From Patescibacteria group bacterium (GTDB taxonomy: Bacteria; Patescibacteriota; Patescibacteriia; Patescibacteriales; UBA12465): 64,000 nucleotides of DNA. The position numbers and the translations under genes were made by a program. Each line of letters opens with the position of its first letter. The stretch's first letter is position 1. Below, in pieces: positions 50,829 through 59,182 of the stretch. The notes below the pieces were generated by a model. It did not search any database, was not told the DNA's origin, and saw only the letters and a program-made list of their open reading frames with translations. Location of the stretch: positions 19,835 through 83,834 of the forward strand of contig JBAZJV010000001.1 of assembly GCA_041651095.1 (NCBI GenBank), given 5' to 3'.

Positions 50829-52625
50829 ATGAAACAATGGCAAGTCGTTTCGCAGCTTTCAGCCGAGCAGTATCGGCAGCACCCGGACATAGAACCGGTG
50901 CTTTTGCAGTTGCTTTATAACCGCGGCCTGTCCACGCCAGCCGATATCGAGGCTTTTTTTGCCGACGGCGCTTACCATGACCCCTTCCTGTTCCGGGACA
51001 TGGCCGCCGCCGCTGATCTGATCATCAGCCATATCAAAGCCGGCGACAAGATCATCGTCTACGGCGATTACGATGCCGACGGCGTCACCGCCTCGGTCAT
51101 CCTATTGGAGACTTTACAGATTCTTCAGGCTAAAGCCGAAGTCTACCTGCCGGATCGGGTGTCCGAGGGCTATGGTCTGAATCGCAGCGCTATTGACCAG
51201 ATTGCCGCGCAGGGCGGCAAGCTGATCGTTACGGTCGATAATGGCATCCGTAACCGGGAGGAAGTCATTTATGCGCAAAGTTTAGGATTAGATATCATTA
51301 TTACCGACCACCATGTCTTGCCGGAAGATGAAGCGGATCTGCCGCCTTGTTTGTATATTGACCCCGCCGATCCCCATGATCACTACCCTTGGAAGTATCT
51401 GGCCGGCGTCGGCGTATCGTTCAAGCTGGTGAGCGCCCTCTTGGCTAAATCCACGTTGTCGGATAAGCAGAAGCAATTAATCAGCGCCAAATGCTTGGAT
51501 CTGGTAGCGATTGGAACCGTGACCGATCTGGTCAGCCTGCTGGGCGAAAACCGCCAGTTGGTTAAAGACGGCCTGGAGGTATTGAACCAGCATCGGCGCC
51601 TGGGGCTTGATGAATTGATTCGGGAAGCGAAAATAAACAGCGGCCGCAAATTAGAGGCTTGGAATATCGGTTGGCAAATCGGACCGCGCCTGAATGCCGC
51701 CAGCCGCTTGGCGCATGCTAATAGCGCTTTCGCTCTGCTGACAACCACCGATCCGGCGGAGGCCAGGGAATTGGCCGCCGAACTTAATCGACGCAATTCC
51801 CGGCGGCAGCAGATCACGGAAGAGATCATGGCCGCCGTGGAGGCGCAGATCGATCCGGCTAATCTGCCCCTGGTCATTTTTGCCGTCGCCGGTGCGGCAC
51901 AGGTTTGGAATGAAGGAGTCGTCGGCCTGGTCGCCGGCCGCATCGCGGAAAAATATTATCGTCCGACTTTGATCGTTTCCCGCCTGAGCGAGGAGAGCGA
52001 AACGGACGGGGCAGCGGGCCAGGCGGCAGTGGTGGGCCAGGCGGCAGCGGCCTTTAAAGGATCCGGCCGCTCGGTCGAGGAATTCAACCTGATCGCCGCC
52101 GTAGAAACCGGCGCCGCTTTTTTGGATAAATACGGCGGGCATCCGATGGCTTGCGGGTTTTCCGTGAAAGGCGAAGAGAATTTGCGCCGTTTCCAGGCTC
52201 AGTTGGCGGCGGCGGCCGCCAGTCTGGATCCAGCCCGGCTCGTACCGAAATTAAAGATCGAAGCGGAGCTTTCTTTGGCCCAGATCAATCTGCGTTTGGC
52301 GGAAACCATCAATTCCTTAGCGCCTTTCGGACAGAATAATCCGCAACCCCGTTTCGCCAGCTATGATTTGCGGATAGACGATATCGTGACCATGGGCGCC
52401 GATAATCAACACGTCAAGCTGCGCCTGTCCGGCGGCGTTACCGGAGCGGCCGCGGCGGTTTGGGCCATCGCCTTCGGCGCCGCGGCGGACTATCAAAGAT
52501 TCCGGATTGGCGACCGCATTGATCTCGCCTATTATTTGGAAATCAATGAATTCAACGGCCGGCGGGAGCCGCAACTAAAAATCATCGATCTCCGTTCGCG
52601 CCAGGATCAAGATTTAAAAAATTAA
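50829..52625 (+). CDS. recJ: Single-stranded-DNA-specific exonuclease RecJ
   Basis: DHH motifs (IVYGDYDADGVTA, ITDHH) and a DHHA1 region. The start was reset to MKQWQVVS (ATG at 50829). Confidence 0.85.
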   Translation: MKQWQVVSQLSAEQYRQHPDIEPVLLQLLYNRGLSTPADIEAFFADGAYHDPFLFRDMAAAADLIISHIKAGDKIIVYGDYDADGVTASVILLETLQILQAKAEVYLPDRVSEGYGLNRSAIDQIAAQGGKLIVTVDNGIRNREEVIYAQSLGLDIIITDHHVLPEDEADLPPCLYIDPADPHDHYPWKYLAGVGVSFKLVSALLAKSTLSDKQKQLISAKCLDLVAIGTVTDLVSLLGENRQLVKDGLEVLNQHRRLGLDELIREAKINSGRKLEAWNIGWQIGPRLNAASRLAHANSAFALLTTTDPAEARELAAELNRRNSRRQQITEEIMAAVEAQIDPANLPLVIFAVAGAAQVWNEGVVGLVAGRIAEKYYRPTLIVSRLSEESETDGAAGQAAVVGQAAAAFKGSGRSVEEFNLIAAVETGAAFLDKYGGHPMACGFSVKGEENLRRFQAQLAAAAASLDPARLVPKLKIEAELSLAQINLRLAETINSLAPFGQNNPQPRFASYDLRIDDIVTMGADNQHVKLRLSGGVTGAAAAVWAIAFGAAADYQRFRIGDRIDLAYYLEINEFNGRREPQLKIIDLRSRQDQDLKN

Positions 52626-52628
52626 AAT

Positions 52629-53030
52629 ATGAAATTAAGCATCTACACGGACGGCGGCGCGCGCGGCAATCCCGGGCCGGCCGGCATCGGCGTGGCCATT
52701 TATGACGAAAGCGGCCGCCTGATCAAAGAAATTTCCGAGTATCTGGGCATCACGACCAATAACCAAGCCGAATACCGGGCCTTGATTAAAGCTTTAGAAC
52801 AGGCCAGGGAACTGGGCGCCCGGGAGCTAGACTGCTTTTTGGACAGCGAATTAGTCGTCCGGCAGCTGAACCATGAATATAAAGTAAAAAACAAAGACTT
52901 AGCGCCTTTGTTTTTAACCGTGCATAATCTGGCTTTGAATTTTTCTAAAATTACCTATACTCTCATTCCCCGCGAGCGTAACGCCGCGGCAGATAAGCTG
53001 GCCAACGAGGCGATGGATCGGGCCGCCTAG
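52629..53030 (+). CDS. rnhA: Ribonuclease H (type 1)
   Basis: IYTDGGARGNPGPAGIGV..NNQAEYRALI..ERNAAADKLAN (DEDD residues). Confidence 0.8.
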   Translation: MKLSIYTDGGARGNPGPAGIGVAIYDESGRLIKEISEYLGITTNNQAEYRALIKALEQARELGARELDCFLDSELVVRQLNHEYKVKNKDLAPLFLTVHNLALNFSKITYTLIPRERNAAADKLANEAMDRAA

Positions 53031-54340
53031 CGGACATGCAGGTGGCCGCCGGTCGCATAGTCGGTTTTAACGCCGGAGCAGCTGATATATTCATTCAGCA
53101 CTCGTAAGCCGGCATTCTGTAGCACGGTGATTAGCTTATTGACATTGGAGCAGTCTAAATTGCCGGTCAAGGCCAGATCAGCGCACATGCCGTTATAATG
53201 GCAGGTGCTCTTATGTTCGGAGGAGGGGGGATAAGCCTCTGTGACGCGCCAGGCAATGCCGTTTGAGCCCGCCCAAGCGTTTTTTAATTTGTCGTTTAGG
53301 TCTTTATTGATCTGGCGGCCGTTTTTAGCCGGGATTTGTGAGTCTAAAGTAACGCAGTTTTCACAAGTCCGTGAATTATTCGGATTTCCGGCGTTAGAAA
53401 CCGGCTCCAGATCCAATTCCTTGACCGTACCGATGCTAATCGGCTTAAGCTTGATCAGGTCGGGATTAATTTGGATTAAAATGATGTAGGAAGAAAAAAG
53501 AATTATCAGGCCGGTAATGCTACCGGCAATAAGCTCTTTTGCCTGGGTAATTCGGGAAGCGTCGCCGCCGGAAATGAGCCAGAGGAGGCCGCCGCCGATC
53601 AGCACGAGCGCCGCCAGGATGCCGGCGACACTCAGGCCGTAATTATAGATGGCCTGGATGTATTCGGCTAGCCAGGGGATAGACACTTTATAGCTGCCAT
53701 CTTCATTCGGGGTGTAGCTGATGGAGCTGGATGGCGTCAGGTTCAATCCCGGGAGAGAAACTTGCAACTCCGGCATGGTAAATTTTGGAGGCTCCGGAGC
53801 CTGGGGAACAGTCGGTAGCTTGGTGGTCGTTTTGGTGCAGCAACAGCCCGGCTGGATCGGCTCATTATGAATTATTTTAGCGGCTGGCTTTTCGCCGGTG
53901 CACTGGCTGCCGTCAGCCAAAGTTTCGCCGTTCTGGCAGGCGCCGGCGGATCGCCAAGTGCAACCCTCGTAGGCATTTTTAGGGACGCAGCGGTTGTCCT
54001 GGGCCGTGAAGTCTTGGTAGAAGACCGTGGCGGCATAGGGGATTGACCGGCAAGCTTCGCCGGTCATATTTTCTGCCGTCACTTCGTTTCGGTCATTAGT
54101 CTTTTCGCAACAGCCCAAGACATCGCCGCTGGCGCAGCAGCATTTAACCGTTTCGCCGTTCGGTTTGACCGTGGCTTGGCAATAGCTGGCGTTGGTCGAT
54201 TCAGTCCAGGCATTGGTCTTCCCGATATCGCCGCAATTGGCATTCAAGGTCCACATGCAATTAGCCTTAGCCGCGAGCGGCGATAACATCAGTCCGATCG
54301 CCGCCAGCCAGACAAATATTAATAATTTGGCGTCCTTCAT
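53027..54340 (-). CDS. Secreted cysteine-rich protein with a 2-TM pilin-like (TrbC/VirB2-type) core and a C-terminal LAS/M15-like zinc peptidase domain
   Basis: Signal peptide (..LSPLAAKA|N) and 16 Cys in residues 28-168, including three CCC/CC clusters. The core is AIYNYGLSVAGILAALVLIGGGLLWLISGGDASRITQAKELIAGSITGLIILFSSYIILIQINPDL. The C-terminus carries SEHKSTCHYNGMCAD..GGHLHV. An ATGA overlap links it to the porB stop. Confidence 0.6.
   Translation of the reverse strand: MKDAKLLIFVWLAAIGLMLSPLAAKANCMWTLNANCGDIGKTNAWTESTNASYCQATVKPNGETVKCCCASGDVLGCCEKTNDRNEVTAENMTGEACRSIPYAATVFYQDFTAQDNRCVPKNAYEGCTWRSAGACQNGETLADGSQCTGEKPAAKIIHNEPIQPGCCCTKTTTKLPTVPQAPEPPKFTMPELQVSLPGLNLTPSSSISYTPNEDGSYKVSIPWLAEYIQAIYNYGLSVAGILAALVLIGGGLLWLISGGDASRITQAKELIAGSITGLIILFSSYIILIQINPDLIKLKPISIGTVKELDLEPVSNAGNPNNSRTCENCVTLDSQIPAKNGRQINKDLNDKLKNAWAGSNGIAWRVTEAYPPSSEHKSTCHYNGMCADLALTGNLDCSNVNKLITVLQNAGLRVLNEYISCSGVKTDYATGGHLHVR
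53447..53674 (-). repeat. Copy A of the duplicated 2-TM pilin-like core module
   Basis: Residues ~223-298 of the 53027-54340 protein. By eye about three quarters of positions are identical to copy B at both the amino-acid and nucleotide level. Confidence 0.7.
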
Positions 54341-55209
54341 ATCTTATAGCGTTTAATATTATCTTCGGCCGCCTGTTGGATGACGGCGATTTCCGTTTCT
54401 TTCAGATGTTTGAAGCGTCCTTGTTTCTTCAGATATTCGGCGACCGGCTTGGCTTGGAAATTGTTGTTGATGCTGGAGCCGGTCAACTTGCCGTTTTGAT
54501 ATTCCAGCAGCGGATACAGGCCGGTCTGGACGGCTAATCTGCCCATCATCACCGCTTCGTCACTATTGATTTTCCAGCCCGGGATGCAGGGAGAGAGGAT
54601 CTGGAGATAGCTCGGCCCATTGGTCGCGAGCGCCCGCTTGACCTTAACCGTGATATCGTCAGGGAATCCGGCGGTTGATTGGGCAACATATTTTACACCG
54701 TGGGCCAAAGCAATGGCGAGCATATCCTTCTTGGCTTGGGTCGAACCGATAGCGCTAGTGCCATCGGGGGTCGTAGTCGTGCTGGCGCCATAAGGCGTGG
54801 CGCCGGAAGCCTGGATGCCGGTATTAGAATACGCTTCGGTATCATAGCAGATATATAGGATATTTTCGCCTCTTTCCCACATGCCGCTGATCAGTCCGAT
54901 GCCGATGTCATAAGTACCGCCGTCGCCGCCTTGAGCGACTACCTTGGTCCGCTTATCGCCCTTTTGCGCCAAAGCGGCGCTGATGCCGGAAGCGACGGCC
55001 GCCGCGTTCTCGAACAGGGAATGGATCCAGGGCAAGCCCCAGGCGCTTTGCGGATAGGCGGTGGTCGTCACCTCCAAACAGCCGGTCGCATTGGCGATAA
55101 TCGTGTTTTCGTCTAAGCCGCGCATAACGGCCTGGACCGCGACCAGTTGGCCGCAACCGGCGCAGGCGTTGTGGCCGGGCGCGAAGCGGAATTTAGGTTG
55201 ATTGGCCAT
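54337..55209 (-). CDS. porB: 2-oxoacid:ferredoxin oxidoreductase beta subunit (TPP-binding)
   Basis: RFAPGHNACAGCGQ, GGDGGTYDIGIG and GPSYLQILSPC. The start MANQPKF (55209) is preferred; the track's 55245 start would overlap the upstream gene by 29 nt. Confidence 0.85.
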   Translation of the reverse strand: MANQPKFRFAPGHNACAGCGQLVAVQAVMRGLDENTIIANATGCLEVTTTAYPQSAWGLPWIHSLFENAAAVASGISAALAQKGDKRTKVVAQGGDGGTYDIGIGLISGMWERGENILYICYDTEAYSNTGIQASGATPYGASTTTTPDGTSAIGSTQAKKDMLAIALAHGVKYVAQSTAGFPDDITVKVKRALATNGPSYLQILSPCIPGWKINSDEAVMMGRLAVQTGLYPLLEYQNGKLTGSSINNNFQAKPVAEYLKKQGRFKHLKETEIAVIQQAAEDNIKRYKI

Positions 55210-55216
55210 TCTTAAT

Positions 55217-56401
55217 TTATTTACATTTACATTCGACATAAACACTGTTTAGATCTATACCAAAAATCCAATCCGCGACAACTAAAGGCACAATCGGCGT
55301 TAGGTTATTCTCGTCATTGCAGGCTATTACCGAGGACTCTATGCTGCCTAAAGCTTCTGTGAAAAAATTACCGTCCCTCGGGCTGGCATTGCAATCGCCG
55401 CCCTGATATTTATCATTATCCTTTCCGTTAGGCTTGCCGGTGCCGCATAATCCTTGCTGATTCGCACATTCATAATCTTGGGTGTTCGCCGCGCACAAGT
55501 TTCCGGTTTGACTGCAAGGCACACATTTGATTTTGTTAACACCGTTAGGGTCCTTAAATGTTTTGCAGTAGCCATTGGTGCCCTTGAATTCGCAGCTGCT
55601 ATGTTCCGGCAAGGGTTTGGCGGCGTTGTTTAAGCAAGCGATCATGCTGGCCGCTTCATCTTCCGAAGCTTTCACCTCATTGCGGCAGCAGCAGTCATAT
55701 AGTTTGCCTGTCGAGCAAGCCGTTGCCGGCACGCCGCCGATCAGGGAATTACAAACGCCTTGGTTAGTGCTGCGCCAGGGACTGGTGGCTGCTATCGTGT
55801 CATGGCCGCCCCCGCCTTCACATTTGCTGCCTACGTCAATACATTTCCATTCGCAAGCGATCTGTGACTTGGCTGGCGGAATGACCTGGGTAGTAATTAC
55901 TTTCATTTTCAGCAGATCCGGGTTGATGGTGTTCAGGATGATCCAGGAACAGAACAGGATCACTAAGCCGGTGATGCTGCCGGCGATGAGTTCCTTGGCC
56001 TGCGTGATGCGCGATTCATTGCCGCCGGAAATCAGCCATAAGACGCCGCCGCCCATCAGGACGAGCGTGGCTAAAATGCCGGCGACGGCCAGGCCGTAAT
56101 CATATATCGCCTTGACATAGCGAGCCAATAAACTGCTGGTCATCACGCCGTCTTTATAGCTGCCGACAGTCGTAGACGCCTGGTCCAAGCCCGAGCCGGT
56201 TACCGGCAAAGGGACGGAGGGATAATAATCCAAGGGTGTGTATTTTTGGTCGGTTGGAGCCGTCTGTTCGAAATCGAATCGGATTGCAGGCTTGGTGTCA
56301 GCTTGAGCCTGGGCTGGCGTCGCTGATCCGATGGTGTTACCGCATAAGCTTAGAAATACCGCCGCGGTTAAGACCAATTTTAGAATTTTAGGCTTGATCA
56401 T
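55217..56401 (-). CDS. Secreted cysteine-rich protein with a 2-TM pilin-like core (paralog), Cys-rich domain C-terminal
   Basis: It has a signal peptide. The core is AIYDYGLAVAGILATLVLMGGGVLWLISGGNESRITQAKELIAGSITGLVILFCSWIILNTINPDL. There are 20 Cys in residues 183-393, including a CCC cluster. The start overlaps the porA stop (ATGA). Confidence 0.6.
   Translation of the reverse strand: MIKPKILKLVLTAAVFLSLCGNTIGSATPAQAQADTKPAIRFDFEQTAPTDQKYTPLDYYPSVPLPVTGSGLDQASTTVGSYKDGVMTSSLLARYVKAIYDYGLAVAGILATLVLMGGGVLWLISGGNESRITQAKELIAGSITGLVILFCSWIILNTINPDLLKMKVITTQVIPPAKSQIACEWKCIDVGSKCEGGGGHDTIAATSPWRSTNQGVCNSLIGGVPATACSTGKLYDCCCRNEVKASEDEAASMIACLNNAAKPLPEHSSCEFKGTNGYCKTFKDPNGVNKIKCVPCSQTGNLCAANTQDYECANQQGLCGTGKPNGKDNDKYQGGDCNASPRDGNFFTEALGSIESSVIACNDENNLTPIVPLVVADWIFGIDLNSVYVECKCK
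55901..56131 (-). repeat. Copy B of the duplicated 2-TM pilin-like core module
   Basis: Residues ~91-167 of the 55217-56401 protein. Confidence 0.7.
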
Positions 56402-57570
56402 ATCTGTCCGATGAATTTTAAATAGGCGTTATGTTTCGGCACGTCCCGGATTATCCGGTCTGCCATTTTTTCCGTGACGTCGCGTCCGCCCAGGCCGACG
56501 ATATAATCCTTCAGCCGGATTTTTTGGCACCCACCCGCCGCCGCCAACGCGGCGGCGATGTCGGAGTATAGGGGGCCGGCTTGTCCGAGGCTGACGGCTT
56601 TTTCGATGACCGCGACATTTTTTGCCCGTCCCAGCACGGCAACGACCGCCGCGGCCGGGAAAGGGCGGTAGGTTTTTATCTTTAACAACCCAGTCGTCTT
56701 ATGTCGGCGCAAGGCAGCTTGTATGGTGCCGGTCACGGAGCCTAAAGCCACCAGAACGGCGGTCGGTTTTGGCGGTCCGCTATATTCCAATAGGCCGTTG
56801 TCTATCGGCTCGGCCGGCTTGATATTGAAGACCTGCCGGAGCCGCCGATTTTCCCGTTCGATAACTTTTAAGCTGGCGACCAGGTCTGATTGCAGCTGTT
56901 CCCTGGTTTCCATATAATGCTGCGGACCGAAGAAAGCGCCCAGCGTCACCGGCCGCCGAGGATCGAGATAAGTGCCGACGTTCGGCCGGTAAGGCGGCAA
57001 ATAACGCTTGACCAAAGTCGCCGCCGGAATGATTATTGGTTCATAAGAATGGGTGAGAATGAAGCCGTCCACATTGACCATGACCGGCAAATGCAATGAT
57101 TCGGCCAGGCGATAGGCCAGGAGATGCTGATAGACTGCTTCCTGGTTGGTGCCGGCGAACAACTGGATCCAGCCGGCATCGCGTATGCTCATGACATCGC
57201 TATGATCGTTCCAAATATTTATGGGTGAAGAAACAGACCGATTGGCGCAAGTCATGACTACGGGCAAGCGCATGCCCGCGATATTATAAATGACTTCGGT
57301 CATCAGCAGGAGGCCCTGTGAACTGGTAGCGCTGTAGACCCGGACGCCGGTCGCGCTGGCGCCCAGGATAATCGACGCCGCGGCGAATTCGCTTTCCGCT
57401 CTGAGGTATGCGAATTTCGCCTCGCCTTGAGCCTTCATCTTGGCCAGGTCTTCCACGATGTGCGTCTGGGGCGTAATCGGATAAGCGGAAACGACCGCCG
57501 GATCGATCAGCCGGACGATGCGGGCGATAGCCTGCGAACCCTCCAGAATTTGTCGAGACTGATTATTCAT
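56398..57570 (-). CDS. porA: 2-oxoacid:ferredoxin oxidoreductase alpha subunit
   Basis: LEGSQAIARIV..VSAYPITPQT..ASATGVRVYSATSSQGLLLM; 390 aa. Confidence 0.85.
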   Translation of the reverse strand: MNNQSRQILEGSQAIARIVRLIDPAVVSAYPITPQTHIVEDLAKMKAQGEAKFAYLRAESEFAAASIILGASATGVRVYSATSSQGLLLMTEVIYNIAGMRLPVVMTCANRSVSSPINIWNDHSDVMSIRDAGWIQLFAGTNQEAVYQHLLAYRLAESLHLPVMVNVDGFILTHSYEPIIIPAATLVKRYLPPYRPNVGTYLDPRRPVTLGAFFGPQHYMETREQLQSDLVASLKVIERENRRLRQVFNIKPAEPIDNGLLEYSGPPKPTAVLVALGSVTGTIQAALRRHKTTGLLKIKTYRPFPAAAVVAVLGRAKNVAVIEKAVSLGQAGPLYSDIAAALAAAGGCQKIRLKDYIVGLGGRDVTEKMADRIIRDVPKHNAYLKFIGQI

Positions 57571-57571
57571 A

Positions 57572-57844
57572 TTAATAATCGTTTTTCATACTGATCGCTT
57601 CGACCGGACATTCGTGCGCGCACAGCGCGCAGCCTTTGCAGTAGTCCAGGTCGGTGATCGGTTTTAGTTTCGGCGAACCGGCCCCGGGCGCCATGCGGAT
57701 ACAGGCCTCCGGACAGAGCTTGGCGCACAGCGCGCAGCCGATACAGACCGACAGGTCGGTGACCGGTTTCTTAGTCCGCCAGGCCCCGGTCTTATTGGCT
57801 AAACTGCTGTTGGGTGCCGTTGCTAATATCGGTTTGCTGTTCAT
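57572..57844 (-). CDS. porD: 2-oxoacid:ferredoxin oxidoreductase delta subunit (2x[4Fe-4S] ferredoxin)
   Basis: CIGCALCAKLCP and CKGCALCAHECP motifs; 90 aa. Confidence 0.85.
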   Translation of the reverse strand: MNSKPILATAPNSSLANKTGAWRTKKPVTDLSVCIGCALCAKLCPEACIRMAPGAGSPKLKPITDLDYCKGCALCAHECPVEAISMKNDY

Positions 57845-57847
57845 AGC

Positions 57848-58387
57848 TTATTGTTCGTAATCGCGGGTAACGGCCGCAATATTTTTAGCGATGATCGCCT
57901 CGCCCTTATTCGCGAATTTTTGATTAATGGCTTTCCTTAGGGCGGCCAGGCTGACTAAGCCGGTGTGCTTGGCAAAAGCGCCGAGGATGACCGTGTTGAC
58001 TATATTGCGTCCGAAGATTTCCAGAGCGATCTCGGTGGCCGGCGTGAAATAGGGATGCTTGAACCGGGCGCTGAGTTCCGGCCAGTTGTTTTTAGGAGCA
58101 TTGATGATGACCGCAGTATTCCGGGTCGCGCCGCTAAAGATGTCGACCGTGCCGATAAGCGTCGCATCCTGGATGATCAGGATGTCCGGCCGGTAGACCT
58201 GTTCGCGGGTGATGATCGGCTGGTCGGCGATGCGGGCATAGGCCTGGATAGGCGCGCCGGTCCGTTCCACGCCGAAATTAGGGAAGGCTTGCGCTTCATG
58301 CCCCTCGTAGAAAGCCGCAATGGCGATAAGTTCGGCGGCCGTGACGACGCCCTGGCCGCCGCGGCCGTGGATGCGAATATTATGCAT
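57848..58387 (-). CDS. porG: 2-oxoacid:ferredoxin oxidoreductase gamma subunit
   Basis: IRIHGRGGQGVVTAAELIA..FGVERTGAP; 179 aa. Confidence 0.85.
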   Translation of the reverse strand: MHNIRIHGRGGQGVVTAAELIAIAAFYEGHEAQAFPNFGVERTGAPIQAYARIADQPIITREQVYRPDILIIQDATLIGTVDIFSGATRNTAVIINAPKNNWPELSARFKHPYFTPATEIALEIFGRNIVNTVILGAFAKHTGLVSLAALRKAINQKFANKGEAIIAKNIAAVTRDYEQ

Positions 58388-58388
58388 G

Positions 58389-59147
58389 TTATTTGGTTAT
58401 GCCGCTGATCAGTTCGCGGAATTTCTGTTCGTTCAGAGCGCCGTAAAGATAAAAATTATTGACGAACCAACTGGGCGTGCCGACGATTTGCAGGCTGTTG
58501 CCGTCATCATAGTCTTTGCGGATCGGATTCAGGTATTTGCGGTCGCTGAGGCAGGCGCTGAATCGTGCGGTATCCAGCTGCAGGCTTTCGGCCAGCGCTG
58601 CCAGTTTGCCCGGCCGGGCGCTGTCATTAGTCGTGAGCTCATCCTGATGGTCGAAGAGCAGATCGTGCATGTCCCAGAACTTGCCCTGTTCGCCGGCGCA
58701 GCGGGCGGCCATCGCCAGATCGATAGAATCGCTGTTGCGCAAGTAATCGCGCCAGACCACTTTCAATTTGTCGTTGTATTCCAAGGCTAATTTTTTGATG
58801 ACCGGCGCCGACTCCTTGGAATAGGGGCAGGCGAAATCGCCAAATTCCACGATGGTCGCCTGGGGCGTCCGGCGGCCCAGATAATAATTCGTACCGTCGC
58901 CGTTTATCGCCGCCAAATAAGCGGTTCGTTCTTCGGCGCTCATCGCCCGACCCTGTCCGGCCAGGATTTGTTGGGCGGTTTTGACGACGTAGATGCTGGC
59001 TAAGGCCAGGAGGAGCAAAATCAGTCCGGCTAAAACCAGAATTAGGCGGCCCCACCATTTCTTATACCAGGGCAAGAGTATCCGCCGGTGGCGGGCCTTC
59101 ATAGCCGCGAATTTTAACCGTTCGTTCAGGCTGGTATCCAGGCTCAT
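58389..59147 (-). CDS. Membrane-anchored DsbA-family thioredoxin-fold protein with a CPYS (CxxS) active site
   Basis: TM anchor (LILVLAGLILLLLALASIYVV), FGDFACPYSKE where the family has C-P-x-C, and a later GTPSWFVNN (cis-Pro loop region). The codons at 58818-58829 read TGC CCC TAT TCC. Confidence 0.7.
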   Translation of the reverse strand: MSLDTSLNERLKFAAMKARHRRILLPWYKKWWGRLILVLAGLILLLLALASIYVVKTAQQILAGQGRAMSAEERTAYLAAINGDGTNYYLGRRTPQATIVEFGDFACPYSKESAPVIKKLALEYNDKLKVVWRDYLRNSDSIDLAMAARCAGEQGKFWDMHDLLFDHQDELTTNDSARPGKLAALAESLQLDTARFSACLSDRKYLNPIRKDYDDGNSLQIVGTPSWFVNNFYLYGALNEQKFRELISGITK

Positions 59148-59151
59148 AAAA

Positions 59152-59180
59152 TTGAAAAATCGGTTAATTTAAACTATACT
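59152..59180 (+). promoter_or_regulatory. Sigma70-like promoter TTGAAA-17-TATACT for xth
   Basis: The -35 box is at 59152-59157 and the -10 box at 59175-59180, in the divergent 50-bp intergenic region. Confidence 0.35.
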
Positions 59181-59182
59181 CT

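Noticed and set aside
53027-53030. Convergent genes sharing the palindrome CTAG as both stop codons (rnhA TAG and Cys-rich gene TAG)
   Set aside because: It is real but trivial. It reflects genome compaction rather than a functional element.
55210-55245. The porB start at 55245 (MFMSNVNVNKLR..)
   Set aside because: Those 12 codons are just the out-of-frame reading of the upstream gene's C-terminus (..YVECKCK). The conserved PorB sequence begins after the ATG at 55209. It is kept as an alternative only.
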